Virus record (IMG/VR): IMGVR_UViG_2906626472_000001
Location: 54,886 to 118,885 of that record
Source of the DNA: a virus
Lineage: Duplodnaviria > Caudoviricetes
Length of the DNA: 64,000 nucleotides
Reading direction: 5' to 3' (one strand)
Positions 53,378 to 63,264 of the stretch are shown in pieces. Each line of letters begins with the position of its first letter. Position 1 is the first letter of the stretch. The position numbers and the translations under genes are program-made. The notes under the pieces were generated by a model. The model worked only from the letters and a program-made list of their open reading frames with translations. It ran no database searches and was not told the DNA's origin.

Positions 53378-56300
53378 ACGAGGAACGAAAGGGCCGCGAT
53401 CTTTTCATTGTCGACAATAGTGTGTCGGGCTGGACTGCGCTTCGGTATCTCGAAGAGTGGACAGAAATAGCCAAAGGTTTTGATATCGCTACTGGCTATT
53501 TCGACATCGGCACCATCCTGGCGCTGGATGGAAAATGGCAGTCGCTTAGCAAAATCCGAATACTTATGGGGGCCGACAGCACGCATCGCACGCGAAAGGC
53601 GTTTTTGGACGCCGTGGTCAAAAAAGCTGTCGACGAACTCGACAAGAGCCTGGAAGCAACCAAAGATCCGAATCCGTTCCTTCGAGGTGTGCCGGCAATC
53701 ATTGCGGCACTTCAATCCCGGCAGATCGAATGCCGGGTCTACGACCGCGAGAAATTTCACGCGAAAACATATATCACGCACGCGAAGCTCGACGTCGTCG
53801 GTTCACAAGCCTTGATTGGCTCAAGCAATTTTACGATGCCGGGCTTGACCAAGAATATTGAGTTGAACGTTCAAATTCAGAGCGCGCGTGAAGTCACCCA
53901 GCTACAGGAATGGTTCGATGCTCATTGGAACGAAGCGGCTGATGTAACCGATCTCATTTTTGAGGCGATATCTCGTCACGTCCGGCTCTATTCACCCTTC
54001 GACGTTTACACGAAAGCGTTGCAGGAATTCTTCCGTGGCCATGAACTGACCGCCACCGAGTGGGATGAGACCCGCTCTAAAATGTTTCCGAAAATTGATC
54101 GCTACCAGAAAGAGGCCTATTGGGCCTTGATGAAGATCGCGCGGCAACATTCAGGCGCGTTTCTCTGCGACGGCGTCGGCCTGGGCAAGACATTTGTTGG
54201 CTTGATGCTGATCGAACGCCTCGTCCTTCACGAAGGAAAGCGAGTTGTGCTGTTTGCACCGAAAGCAGCAAAAGACGGTGTTTGGGAGCCTCACCTGCGC
54301 GAATATCTGCCTCACATTGGCGGGGTTGGGGGCAATGCTGACTTCAGCAATCTGGCGGTCTTCAGCCACACGGATCTGGGACGGAAGGGCGAATTTCCGG
54401 AGCGATTTCGCCGTATAGCCGAGTTGGCGGATGTCGTGATCATTGACGAAGCCCATCATTTTCGCAATCCCGGAAGCCGCGCGGGCGTCGATGGCGAGGG
54501 CGTTCCGTCCCGCTATTATCAGCTCTACGACCTTCTGGACTCGTCGGTGCGGTCCAAGAGCCTCTTCATGCTTACGGCCACTCCGATCAATAATCGGATC
54601 AGCGATTTTCGGCATATGTCAGAGCTGTTCACTCGCCGCGACGAGGCCTATTTCGCGCGAACGCTGGGTGTAAATAACCTACGATCGCACTTCAACAATA
54701 TAGAGAAACAGTTGCGCAAAACAGTCGGCCCTGAGGTCGCGGATGTCTCCGGGCACTTAGCGGAAGTCCAAGATTTTCTTGCTGCCGATGAGATCTTCAA
54801 AAATCTCGTTGTGCAGAGAAGCAGGGCGTATGCCCGTGAAAGCCAGATGCGAGAGTCGGGCAACGCAGCTGTTTTTCCAGATCGAAAGGCTCCTCAGGTT
54901 GCGGAGTATTCCATCCGGAAGACCTATGGTCACTTACTGGAGATGTTTGAAAAGGCATTTACCCGCACGAAACCGTTGTTCACATTACCGATGTACTACC
55001 CCCTTGCTTGGTACAAAGGCGCGGACAAAAGCATAGACCCCCTCGAAGAGGGACGTCAGGAGCAGGTTGTCGGACTCATCCGAACCAACTTTCTCAAGCG
55101 GTTCGAAAGTTCCGTGGCGGCGTTCGAACTCTCATGCGATCGGCTTCTGCGAAAGCTGCTGGCCTTTCTTGAAGTGCACAGTGAGACAGATGCAGAAAAG
55201 AAAAGGCTGGAGCGCTGGAAATCTCAGCACGCAGAGATTCTCGGTTACGCGGCGACGCGACAATTGGAATTTTGGGAGGATGACGACAACGATCCCGATG
55301 ACGATATCGTGCCGCAGGAAATGCTCGATGCGGTAGAACGCCTCGATCGCAAAGATTACGACGTTGCTGAGATGATAAACGAGACAGTTCTAGATCTCGA
55401 CCAGATCGTCCAGTTCATCGAGGAAGCCAGAAAATTCGAAACCAAACACGATGACAAGCTGCAGAAGCTCATTCGTCTACTAAAGTCCAAAGAACTGGCG
55501 GGCCAAAAGGTTCTAATTTTCACCGAGTTTGCCGACACCGCCCGGTATCTGAAACGTCAATTGGACAAGGCAGGCGTTGAGGGAGTAGCGCAGGTTGACA
55601 GCGCGACCAAAGCGAATCGGGCCGACGTCATCCAGCGGTTTTCGCCGTATTACAACGCTCACAGCACCAAGAGGCTGGCCGAAAATGGTCGCGAGGAAAT
55701 CCGGGTTTTGATCTCAACCGATGTGCTCTCTGAAGGCCTCAACCTTCAAGATGCCTCCCGGATGATCAACTACGATATCCATTGGAATCCGGTTAGGCTA
55801 ATGCAGCGCATTGGCCGTGTCGATCGCCGTATGAATCCGGAGATCGAGAAGCGGCTTATCAATGACCATCCAGAGGTCGCTTCTTCGCGCGGCAAAGTAA
55901 GCTTCTGGAATTTTTTGCCTCCCGCCGAATTGAACGCAATTTTGACGCTTTACACTAAGGTAACCCAGAAAACGCTTCTCATCTCCAAAACCTTCGGTAT
56001 CGAAGGAAAGAAGCTTCTGACGCCTGAAGATGACTACGATGCGCTTAAGGAATTCAATCACGAATACGAAGGCACTAAAACTGCCATCGAGGACATGCAC
56101 CTCGAGTATCAGGCCCTGCTTCTAGCGGACCCAGCCCTTCAGGATCGCCTCAGGGCATTGCCCGGCGGGATGTTTAGCGGCAGGCAAAGGCCGTCAAAGG
56201 GCACGACAGGGGTGTTCTTTTGCTATGGTCTACCCGCCCTCGACAAGGAGACCGGTGAGTTTACCCCAGAAGCGGGTACGACACGTTGGTATTTGTACGA

Positions 56301-56520
56301 CCTCGGCCGCAACGCAATCTTGGAAGAGCCTGGCGATATCGTCGCCAGTATTCGCTCCAGTGTGGAAATGCCGCGACGGTGCACCTTCGACGAAAAGACT
56401 CTGTTGGATCTCCGTGGCAGGATCGAGAAGCACATCAAAAACACGTATCTTAAGCGCGTGGACGCGCCCGTCGGGGTCAAGCCTTCGCTCAAGTGCTGGA
56501 TGGAACTTAACGAGGGTTGA
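53374..56520 (+). CDS. PLD-nuclease plus SNF2-type SF2 helicase
   Basis: IATGYF, FHAKTYI...IGSSNFT..GL..NIELN, DGVGLGKT, DEAH, TATP, SEGLNLQ, QRIGRVDR. Confidence 0.93.
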   Translation: MNEERKGRDLFIVDNSVSGWTALRYLEEWTEIAKGFDIATGYFDIGTILALDGKWQSLSKIRILMGADSTHRTRKAFLDAVVKKAVDELDKSLEATKDPNPFLRGVPAIIAALQSRQIECRVYDREKFHAKTYITHAKLDVVGSQALIGSSNFTMPGLTKNIELNVQIQSAREVTQLQEWFDAHWNEAADVTDLIFEAISRHVRLYSPFDVYTKALQEFFRGHELTATEWDETRSKMFPKIDRYQKEAYWALMKIARQHSGAFLCDGVGLGKTFVGLMLIERLVLHEGKRVVLFAPKAAKDGVWEPHLREYLPHIGGVGGNADFSNLAVFSHTDLGRKGEFPERFRRIAELADVVIIDEAHHFRNPGSRAGVDGEGVPSRYYQLYDLLDSSVRSKSLFMLTATPINNRISDFRHMSELFTRRDEAYFARTLGVNNLRSHFNNIEKQLRKTVGPEVADVSGHLAEVQDFLAADEIFKNLVVQRSRAYARESQMRESGNAAVFPDRKAPQVAEYSIRKTYGHLLEMFEKAFTRTKPLFTLPMYYPLAWYKGADKSIDPLEEGRQEQVVGLIRTNFLKRFESSVAAFELSCDRLLRKLLAFLEVHSETDAEKKRLERWKSQHAEILGYAATRQLEFWEDDDNDPDDDIVPQEMLDAVERLDRKDYDVAEMINETVLDLDQIVQFIEEARKFETKHDDKLQKLIRLLKSKELAGQKVLIFTEFADTARYLKRQLDKAGVEGVAQVDSATKANRADVIQRFSPYYNAHSTKRLAENGREEIRVLISTDVLSEGLNLQDASRMINYDIHWNPVRLMQRIGRVDRRMNPEIEKRLINDHPEVASSRGKVSFWNFLPPAELNAILTLYTKVTQKTLLISKTFGIEGKKLLTPEDDYDALKEFNHEYEGTKTAIEDMHLEYQALLLADPALQDRLRALPGGMFSGRQRPSKGTTGVFFCYGLPALDKETGEFTPEAGTTRWYLYDLGRNAILEEPGDIVASIRSSVEMPRRCTFDEKTLLDLRGRIEKHIKNTYLKRVDAPVGVKPSLKCWMELNEG

Positions 56521-56524
56521 GCCG

Positions 56525-59500
56525 ATGCCGACAGATCACCGCGCCGCTCTCGCCATGATCAAGAGCTTTCCCCAACTTATTGCGTATCTGCGTGATGAGA
56601 TGGGATGGCCTATCGCAAGAGACTCGTTCGAAGAGGTAGACGATCTCTTTTACGACTTCACAGCAGAAGAACTCGGTATTGATCCAAAGACGGCTGCCAA
56701 GATCGAGAGCATTAAGCGCCTGCGTCCGCTCTCACCCAAACAGCCATGGGGTATTTTCTTCGTCAAGTTCGAGCCGAAGAATCTTCCGGTTGTCGCCCTG
56801 CGCCGTATCCTGGGGCAGGTGGCGCTCAAAAAGCGTCCATCCGCAAATAGCGCCGAGCGAGCAGCATGGGCGGCAGATGATCTGCTCTTCATCTCAAACT
56901 ATGGCGAAGGCGATAAACGCCAGATTACGTTCGCACACTTCTCGAAGGCCGCGGATGGTCACGATCTGCCAACGCTCAAGGTGCTGGGCTGGGACAACCT
57001 GGATACTGCACTGCACCTCGATGCTGTCGCCAAAGAGCTGACGCAGCATCTCTCCTGGCCCCATGACGATACCAACGTGCAAGCTTGGCGACAAAGCTGG
57101 CGCGCCGCGTTCAACCTCCGTCATCATGAAGTGGTCGCCACTTCGCGCGACCTATCTATCCGGCTGGCCGAACTAGCGCGCGCTATACGCGATCGCATCA
57201 AGGCCGCGCTCGCCATCGAAACCGAAGCCGGCCCTCTTACCACGTTCATGAAAGCGTTTCAGGAGGCGCTTGTCCATGATCTCGATTCGGACGGCTTCGC
57301 CGACATGTACGCGCAGACCATCGCCTATGGTCTCCTGTCGGCGAGGATCGCCGATCCGGACAAGAAGACCGCAGACGACTTCGCTGCTCACATGCGAACC
57401 AATCCGTTTTTGCGCGAGCTGATGGAAACATTCCTCAAGGTCGGCGGGCGGCGCGGCAAGGCGGGCGGACCGGGAATCGATTTCGATGAACTGGGTGTAA
57501 GCGAAGTCGTGGAGCTGCTGGACGATGCCAACATGGAAGCTGTCGTCCGCGATTTCGGAGATCGAAACCCGCAGGAAGACCCTGTCATCCACTTTTACGA
57601 GCTTTTCCTCAAAGAATACGATGCCAAAAAGCGGATGCAGCGCGGTGTCTTCTATACGCCGCGTCCGGTGGTCTCCTATATCGTGCGCTCCGTTGATATG
57701 TTGTTGCGGACAGAGTTTGGCCTCGTAGACGGCCTCGCTGACACCGCGACGTGGGGTGAGATGGCAAAGCGCCATAAAGACCTCAAAATTCCTCAGGGCG
57801 TCTCACCAAATCAGGACTTTGTTCAAATCCTTGACCCTGCGACGGGGACCGGCACTTTTCTCGTCGAAGTTATCGACCTCATCCATAGGTCGCTAGTCGC
57901 GAAGTGGACCGACCAAGGCTGTACTCAGAAAGAGATAGAAGCGTTCTGGAATGAGTACGTGGCAAAACATCTCCTGCCACGCCTGCACGGATACGAACTG
58001 TTAATGGCGCCTTACGCCATTGCCCATCTCAAGATTGGTCTCAAGTTATATGAAACGGGATACCGTTTCGGCAGCGACGAGAGAGCGCGAATTTATCTAA
58101 CCAACGCCTTGGAGCCGGCGCACGATTTATCAAGTCGGTTCGAGTTCGCAATTCCTGCGCTTGCGCACGAGGCGAAAGCGGTCAATGAAATCAAGCGGAA
58201 CGGCCAATTCACGGTAGTTATTGGCAACCCGCCATACGCAGGGCACTCTGCCAACGTAAGTAAGGATGCCGCCGGTAGGATCACGTTCATTGGACAATTG
58301 ATAGAAGATTACAAGTCCGGGTGCCCTGAGCTTTTCAAGCCTGCTCAAGCAAAATGGCTCCATGATGATTACGTCAAGTTCATACGATTCGATCAATGGC
58401 TAATCGGCAAGGCCAAATCTGGCGTGCTTGGCCTTATCACGAACCATAGCTACATTGACAATCCGACGTTCCGGGGAATGCGAAGAGACTTGAAATCTCT
58501 TTTTGGGCAACTGCGTGTCCTAGATCTTCATGGAAGCAGCAAGAAAAAAGAGAGAGCCCCCTCGGGCGAGACGGAGGAAAACGTTTTCGACATTCAGCAG
58601 GGCGTGGCAATCTTGCTGGCGACTACCAGGACGGAAGATCCGGCCCGAAGCGGTGTATTCCACCTAGACGTTTGGGGAGCGCGGGATACCAAGTACAAAT
58701 GGCTACTGTCCAGTTCCATCGCAGCAACCGACGTCTACTGGTCTTCAGTCCCGTCGCAAGAACCTCAGCATCTCTTCGAACCACAGGATCAGGACATTAA
58801 AGAAGAATACGAGCAGGGATGGAGAGTGCCTGAGATTTTCAGCGTGAACGGAGATCCCGCGCCAGGAATGGTGACTACCCAAGACGAGTTTGCTATCGCG
58901 TTTTCGAAGCGTGAAATAATCGAGCATGTCGAGACTTTGATTGATACGCGGACGGAAGCCGACGCCAGAAAGCATTTTCGCCTTTGCTCGCAGGCGCAGT
59001 GGAACTACAAGAACGCTAAACGCGAACTTAGGGCGAGCAATTGGCGAGATCAGGTCACGCCAGTACTGTATCGACCATTCGACGTCAGATGGACTGTTTT
59101 CAGCAGATATGTTGCCGTCCATAGGAGAGAGCGAGTTATGCGGCACATGCTTTCGGGCGAAAACATCGGACTTGTTACCGCCAGAAGCAACCGATCGCCA
59201 GACATGGATCATTTCCTCTGTTCGCGTCTACCAACGGAAACGAAATGCGGAGAATCTACTATCCAGTCATATCTTTTGCCGCTGTACCTCATGCCGGAAG
59301 ATACTGTTAACGGGGGTACGCTCGACTTCGCGGAAGGCAAGCGGGTTAACCTAAGTGGTGGTTGGGTTAGTGAAATCAGCAAGTTAATCGAAGGGCCTCT
59401 ACCAGAATTATCCTTCAATTTCATCTATGCAATTCTATACTCGCCGACCTATCGCACGCGCTATGCCGAATTTCTTAAGAGCGATTTTCCGCGCGTGCCT

Positions 59501-60001
59501 CTGCCTGGCAAGGTGGATATCTTCTTAGAATTATCGCGTCTTGGCCAAGAACTCGTCGAGCTTCACCTGCTAGAGTCATCTAGTCTTGAAAATTTGATCA
59601 CCACGTTTACCGGGCCGAAGAATCCCGAGGTAGGCCGGGTCGGCTGGTCGAATGATACTGTCTGGCTTGACGCTCCTGCGACAAGAAAAGGTCAGCCCCC
59701 TATGCCCGGGACTATCGGCTTCCAAGGTGTGCCGGAAGCTGTATGGAACTTTCACGTAGGTGGTTATCAAGTCTGCGAGAAGTGGCTGAAGGACCGCAAG
59801 GGACGGACGCTCTCTAAGGCCGACATCGCGCACTACCAAAGGATTGTGGTTGCCCTCACCGAGACCATCCGCTTGATGAAAGACATTGACGAGGTAATCG
59901 AAACTCACGGGGGATGGCCCGGCGCGTTTCAGGCTGCAATAATGACCAATCCTCAGCATGCGGCGATGATGATCGAGAATGCGCCCTCAAAAGAGCCTTA
60001 G
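56525..60001 (+). CDS. N6-adenine DNA methyltransferase with C-terminal target-recognition domain (type IIG/ISP-like RM enzyme)
   Basis: GVFYTP, LDPATGTGTF, GNPPY, YRPFD, VW.F.VGGYQV.EKWLKDRKGR; start ATG 56525. Confidence 0.92.
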   Translation: MPTDHRAALAMIKSFPQLIAYLRDEMGWPIARDSFEEVDDLFYDFTAEELGIDPKTAAKIESIKRLRPLSPKQPWGIFFVKFEPKNLPVVALRRILGQVALKKRPSANSAERAAWAADDLLFISNYGEGDKRQITFAHFSKAADGHDLPTLKVLGWDNLDTALHLDAVAKELTQHLSWPHDDTNVQAWRQSWRAAFNLRHHEVVATSRDLSIRLAELARAIRDRIKAALAIETEAGPLTTFMKAFQEALVHDLDSDGFADMYAQTIAYGLLSARIADPDKKTADDFAAHMRTNPFLRELMETFLKVGGRRGKAGGPGIDFDELGVSEVVELLDDANMEAVVRDFGDRNPQEDPVIHFYELFLKEYDAKKRMQRGVFYTPRPVVSYIVRSVDMLLRTEFGLVDGLADTATWGEMAKRHKDLKIPQGVSPNQDFVQILDPATGTGTFLVEVIDLIHRSLVAKWTDQGCTQKEIEAFWNEYVAKHLLPRLHGYELLMAPYAIAHLKIGLKLYETGYRFGSDERARIYLTNALEPAHDLSSRFEFAIPALAHEAKAVNEIKRNGQFTVVIGNPPYAGHSANVSKDAAGRITFIGQLIEDYKSGCPELFKPAQAKWLHDDYVKFIRFDQWLIGKAKSGVLGLITNHSYIDNPTFRGMRRDLKSLFGQLRVLDLHGSSKKKERAPSGETEENVFDIQQGVAILLATTRTEDPARSGVFHLDVWGARDTKYKWLLSSSIAATDVYWSSVPSQEPQHLFEPQDQDIKEEYEQGWRVPEIFSVNGDPAPGMVTTQDEFAIAFSKREIIEHVETLIDTRTEADARKHFRLCSQAQWNYKNAKRELRASNWRDQVTPVLYRPFDVRWTVFSRYVAVHRRERVMRHMLSGENIGLVTARSNRSPDMDHFLCSRLPTETKCGESTIQSYLLPLYLMPEDTVNGGTLDFAEGKRVNLSGGWVSEISKLIEGPLPELSFNFIYAILYSPTYRTRYAEFLKSDFPRVPLPGKVDIFLELSRLGQELVELHLLESSSLENLITTFTGPKNPEVGRVGWSNDTVWLDAPATRKGQPPMPGTIGFQGVPEAVWNFHVGGYQVCEKWLKDRKGRTLSKADIAHYQRIVVALTETIRLMKDIDEVIETHGGWPGAFQAAIMTNPQHAAMMIENAPSKEP

Positions 60002-60275
60002 ACATCAGGCCGAGCCGCCAAACGACCCGATTGAAATCGCTACAAGGCTACGATGGCGCTCGGATCGCAAAGGCTGCCTCACGGCGAATGTCAGGCCTTG
60101 ACCGAGGTCTACTGCAAACCTACATTTGCTTATGCATCTAGAGAGGGGCTGACGCCCTCGCCAACCTGCCAACCCTGGGCAAGGTGGCTTCCCGCTAGGG
60201 AGATGCGGCCACTTCGGCAACGAAACAGGTCGCGGTAGTGTCAGCCTCCTCGGAGAATACCGATGGAGAGTTTTT

Positions 60276-60650
60276 TTGGTGCTGAAGAAATCCAGCGATG
60301 TAACGTCCGCCGGCATACCTTGGTCGGAAGTGCCGGAGTTCGTGCTCCCATACATGGAATGGATCGACAACCGACGGGGTGCGGCCACGCAAGCACTGCC
60401 GCCCGTCGATCAGGTGCGTACACCGGTCATCTTCGAGTCTCTTCCAAGACTTCATGGGGAGCGTCCCCGCGGTTCGAAGGCGATGCTTGACGTCAGCGGA
60501 GCCAAGTCTCGTCTCAAGGATTGTCGCCCTGGCGCGTGGCTGATCAGTCCCTTTACTGGATGGAAATGGGCGAAATGGCCTGACGGTGATGTGGGCTGGC
60601 TGCCGTCGAACGTCTACTTGCCGGAGTCGCTTCGTGTCGACGCACTCTGA
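60276..60650 (+). CDS. hypothetical protein
   Basis: 124-aa Trp/Pro-rich ORF; start uncertain. Confidence 0.4.
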   Translation: MVLKKSSDVTSAGIPWSEVPEFVLPYMEWIDNRRGAATQALPPVDQVRTPVIFESLPRLHGERPRGSKAMLDVSGAKSRLKDCRPGAWLISPFTGWKWAKWPDGDVGWLPSNVYLPESLRVDAL

Positions 60651-60806
60651 GGAAATGCAGTCGTTCTCTGATCGGCCGGGTGCGGGCTTCTGTGAGCGCT
60701 TGCGGACTTATTTTTTGGAGCGTGCCTTGGAACGAGGGTGGGACCATGCGCGCGACGCTCGGGCGCTGAATTGCGCCTCCGAAAGTCAAGCAAAAGCGTC
60801 CGTTAT

Positions 60807-61034
60807 CTACGCGAGAAGGAATGGGTGGCTTCCAGAGTCAGGCGGACTGTGATCGGGAATAATGCTCGCCTTCCAGCCCTTTGATTTAATGTACTGCCGC
60901 GCCTGGTCGTCTGTCTTGCCGACCAGGTATCTGATGATCGGCGCAGCTCGCCGCACCACGCCGTCAGTCTCGAAACCGGCAACGAAGTGCGGTGCCACCA
61001 CACGCACGAGTCTCAGCTCGGCCGTGTGCTTCAT
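60807..61034 (-). CDS. hypothetical protein
   Basis: VRVVAPHFVAG....VRRAAPIIRYLVG......YI..KGW pattern; ATGA overlap with the upstream gene. Confidence 0.65.
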   Translation of the reverse strand: MKHTAELRLVRVVAPHFVAGFETDGVVRRAAPIIRYLVGKTDDQARQYIKSKGWKASIIPDHSPPDSGSHPFLLA

Positions 61035-61567
61035 GTGGGCGAGACCCACGCGCGGATGCGGTGGCGCGAATAGACCGCCTCACGCACGCGACCGCCGTTA
61101 TTACCGCTGATGACGATCGGGTCGCCCTTGGCCGTAAAGCCCGAGACGATGCCGACGTGCCCGCCACCGCGGCGGCCCATGGTCACGACGGCGCCGACCT
61201 GCGGAGCAACGCGCTGGTGCCGTTCCCAGGACAGGGCGCGGTCATCGACGTCCTGAGCGCCCGTGACCTTGCGAAGGAATGCCGAGCACCAAAGGGTACC
61301 GCGGACGCCGACCTGGTGTGCCGTCTCACCGACGAACTGGCGGGCGCGCTCCACGACGCCGCTGCCGGTGCTGAAGCCGCTCTGGAAACCCGACTGGAAA
61401 CCGCCGAAGAACGACTGCTCCTGCACAGGTTGGCGCGCGTCCACGCGCTCCACCCGATGGTGGGCGTGGTGGTGCCGGTGCTGGTGATGCCTCGGTCGGG
61501 CCTCAGCGGCCGAAAAAGACACAGCGAGGAGTGCGGCGCCAACGAGCGCCGTGGTCAGTTTTCTCAA
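61031..61567 (-). CDS. exported CHAP/NlpC-like cysteine hydrolase
   Basis: Signal peptide, His-rich linker, WCSAF, GGGHVGIV, ISGN. Confidence 0.8.
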   Translation of the reverse strand: MRKLTTALVGAALLAVSFSAAEARPRHHQHRHHHAHHRVERVDARQPVQEQSFFGGFQSGFQSGFSTGSGVVERARQFVGETAHQVGVRGTLWCSAFLRKVTGAQDVDDRALSWERHQRVAPQVGAVVTMGRRGGGHVGIVSGFTAKGDPIVISGNNGGRVREAVYSRHRIRAWVSPT

Positions 61568-61579
61568 TTTACTCTCCTG

Positions 61580-61924
61580 TTATGCGAAGCGGTGCTGCTC
61601 GGTCGAAACCGCGGGTGCTTCTTCCGCTTCGTGGGATTGGCGCTGCTCAGCGGCAGCGCGGAATGCGGCGATGGAGGCCGCGTAGGTCGGCGAGCGTCGG
61701 ATCCACTCGTCGTCGTATTCGCGGACGAACACCTGCGACGCCTGCTCGATGAAGAAGCGTGCTGCTGCTTCACCCATTCTCGCGACGATCTCGTCGCCTA
61801 CGAGCATGTTGAATTGCATCGGGTGCTTCCGGCCGTTGTCTTCCTCCAGGCGCACGGCTTGGAAGGTGATGAGGCCAGCCTCCACCTTCGCGACTTCGAC
61901 GTGTTTCATTCGGCTGATGGTCAT
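61580..61924 (-). CDS. hypothetical protein
   Basis: 114-aa ORF with ATGA coupling. Confidence 0.6.
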   Translation of the reverse strand: MTISRMKHVEVAKVEAGLITFQAVRLEEDNGRKHPMQFNMLVGDEIVARMGEAAARFFIEQASQVFVREYDDEWIRRSPTYAASIAAFRAAAEQRQSHEAEEAPAVSTEQHRFA

Positions 61925-62541
61925 GCGGCCTCTGCTTCTGCTTGGGGATTGAACTTCGTGGTTTCCTTGCCCCAGGCGTCCCAGCCGATCCGCTGCTCGC
62001 GGGCGAAGATGTCGGCCTTCGGATATGGCCCAGCCATCTTTGCGGCCTCGACGTAGCCCTGCTCGGGCTTGCGCGAGTGCTCGCGGCGCGGCTCCAGGAT
62101 CGCGGAGCGAATGTTGCGGGAGTGGATGCGTGGCTTGCCGATCTTCCCGATCAGGAAGGGCTCATGGCAGTTGCGCAGCACGTATCCGGTGCCGAAGGTC
62201 GGCCTGCTGCCGTCCTTGACCATCTTCACCCAGACGCCCTGGGTGACGTATTTGACGTTCCACTTGTCGAAGCAGGCGCGGGCAGCGTCGTACATCGGCG
62301 CGGTGGCGTAGAGCCAAACCCACATGCCATCGCGGTGAGCGAGGCGATCGATGTCGAGCGCGAAGATGTCGTCGAGCGACATGCAGCTGTAGTGCTGCTC
62401 CGCCGACTTCTCCTTGCCGTTCTCGGAATAGGTTTCGAACGTCCACGGCGGATCGATCTTGGCGAGGCCGTAGTGGTTCTCCTGGAGCGGCGCGAGGTTG
62501 AAGGCCGGCGCCGGCAGGATGGGGAAGGGTCTCAGGTTCAT
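61921..62541 (-). CDS. MT-A70 family adenine methyltransferase
   Basis: DPPW, HY.CM, W.K, GTGY.LR...E, REHSRKP, IFAR....GWD.WG.E; start ATG 62541. Confidence 0.92.
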   Translation of the reverse strand: MNLRPFPILPAPAFNLAPLQENHYGLAKIDPPWTFETYSENGKEKSAEQHYSCMSLDDIFALDIDRLAHRDGMWVWLYATAPMYDAARACFDKWNVKYVTQGVWVKMVKDGSRPTFGTGYVLRNCHEPFLIGKIGKPRIHSRNIRSAILEPRREHSRKPEQGYVEAAKMAGPYPKADIFAREQRIGWDAWGKETTKFNPQAEAEAA

Positions 62542-62548
62542 TTGCTCG

Positions 62549-62564
62549 TTTGCATTCAAGCAAG
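62549..62564. promoter_or_regulatory. 16-bp operator-like motif upstream of MT-A70
   Basis: Minus strand reads CTTGCTTGAATGCAAA, ending 8 nt before the ATG. Confidence 0.65.
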
Positions 62565-62600
62565 CGTCCGGGCGCACGTATCCCGTCGATGCTGGTTTCG

Positions 62601-62783
62601 TTACTTCACCAGTTCGGCGAAGCGTTTGTTGATCCGATCGATCCGCTCGACGTTGCAGTCGAAGCACCAGTTCCCCCAATGGGCCTTGTGGCACTCCGTT
62701 TTGCAGCCGTAGCAGCGGACGCGCTTCCCGGATTTGTAGTTCTCCGGATCGCGCCAGGGCTCCAGCGCTTCGCTCGCCATCAC
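62601..62783 (-). CDS. small Zn-finger protein
   Basis: CYGC and WCFDC. Confidence 0.6.
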   Translation of the reverse strand: MMASEALEPWRDPENYKSGKRVRCYGCKTECHKAHWGNWCFDCNVERIDRINKRFAELVK

Positions 62784-62974
62784 TTCGCCTCGGCGGCTGC
62801 GAGAGCGGCACGACCCGCATCGGTGATGCGGAACTGATTGCCGTACGCCGGGTGTTTCTCCTTCACGAAGTAGCCCAGCTCGGGCAGCTTCGCTGTCGTC
62901 TTCTGCTTGAAGAGTCCCCAGCCACCCGGGCGGGTCGCAGCATCCTTCAAGGCTTCAATCTCACGCGACTTCAT
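62780..62974 (-). CDS. small winged-helix-like protein
   Basis: L..LGY......FRITDAGRAAL motif. Confidence 0.6.
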   Translation of the reverse strand: MKSREIEALKDAATRPGGWGLFKQKTTAKLPELGYFVKEKHPAYGNQFRITDAGRAALAAAEAK

Positions 62975-63264
62975 CGCTTCTCCTTCCACTCCCTGGCCTC
63001 ATCGAGGAGGCGCGGGTCGAGAACCTTGCTTTCGTCCGGCTCCATAATCGCCTGCACCAGCAGCGCATCCGGGAGCACCGACTGGCACGGGAGCTTTTTG
63101 TTCTCCCGCTTGCAGCCCGGCTCCGTCAGCTTCTCCCGAACCACGAACATCTCGCGGTCCGGTCCGAAGCGTTCGATCAGGCCGGCAATCTTCATCCGGC
63201 CTTCTCGATCGCACTGCTTGCAGGCGACGCGGACGTAGGGCAGGGGCCAATCACCCAGTTTCAT
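62971..63264 (-). CDS. hypothetical Cys-containing protein
   Basis: VRVAC..C.REGR....LIERFGPD pattern. Confidence 0.65.
   Translation of the reverse strand: MKLGDWPLPYVRVACKQCDREGRMKIAGLIERFGPDREMFVVREKLTEPGCKRENKKLPCQSVLPDALLVQAIMEPDESKVLDPRLLDEAREWKEKR

Larger units (their letters stand above)
49860..60010. other. defence-gene island of different composition inserted in the phage
   Basis: Visibly more A/T-ending codons than the flanking phage genes; lies where the + and - phage transcription units converge; bounds approximate. Confidence 0.7.

Noticed and set aside
51992-60001. DISARM or BREX assignment
   Set aside because: No DUF1998/DrmB, second helicase, PglZ or BrxC ATPase in the island.
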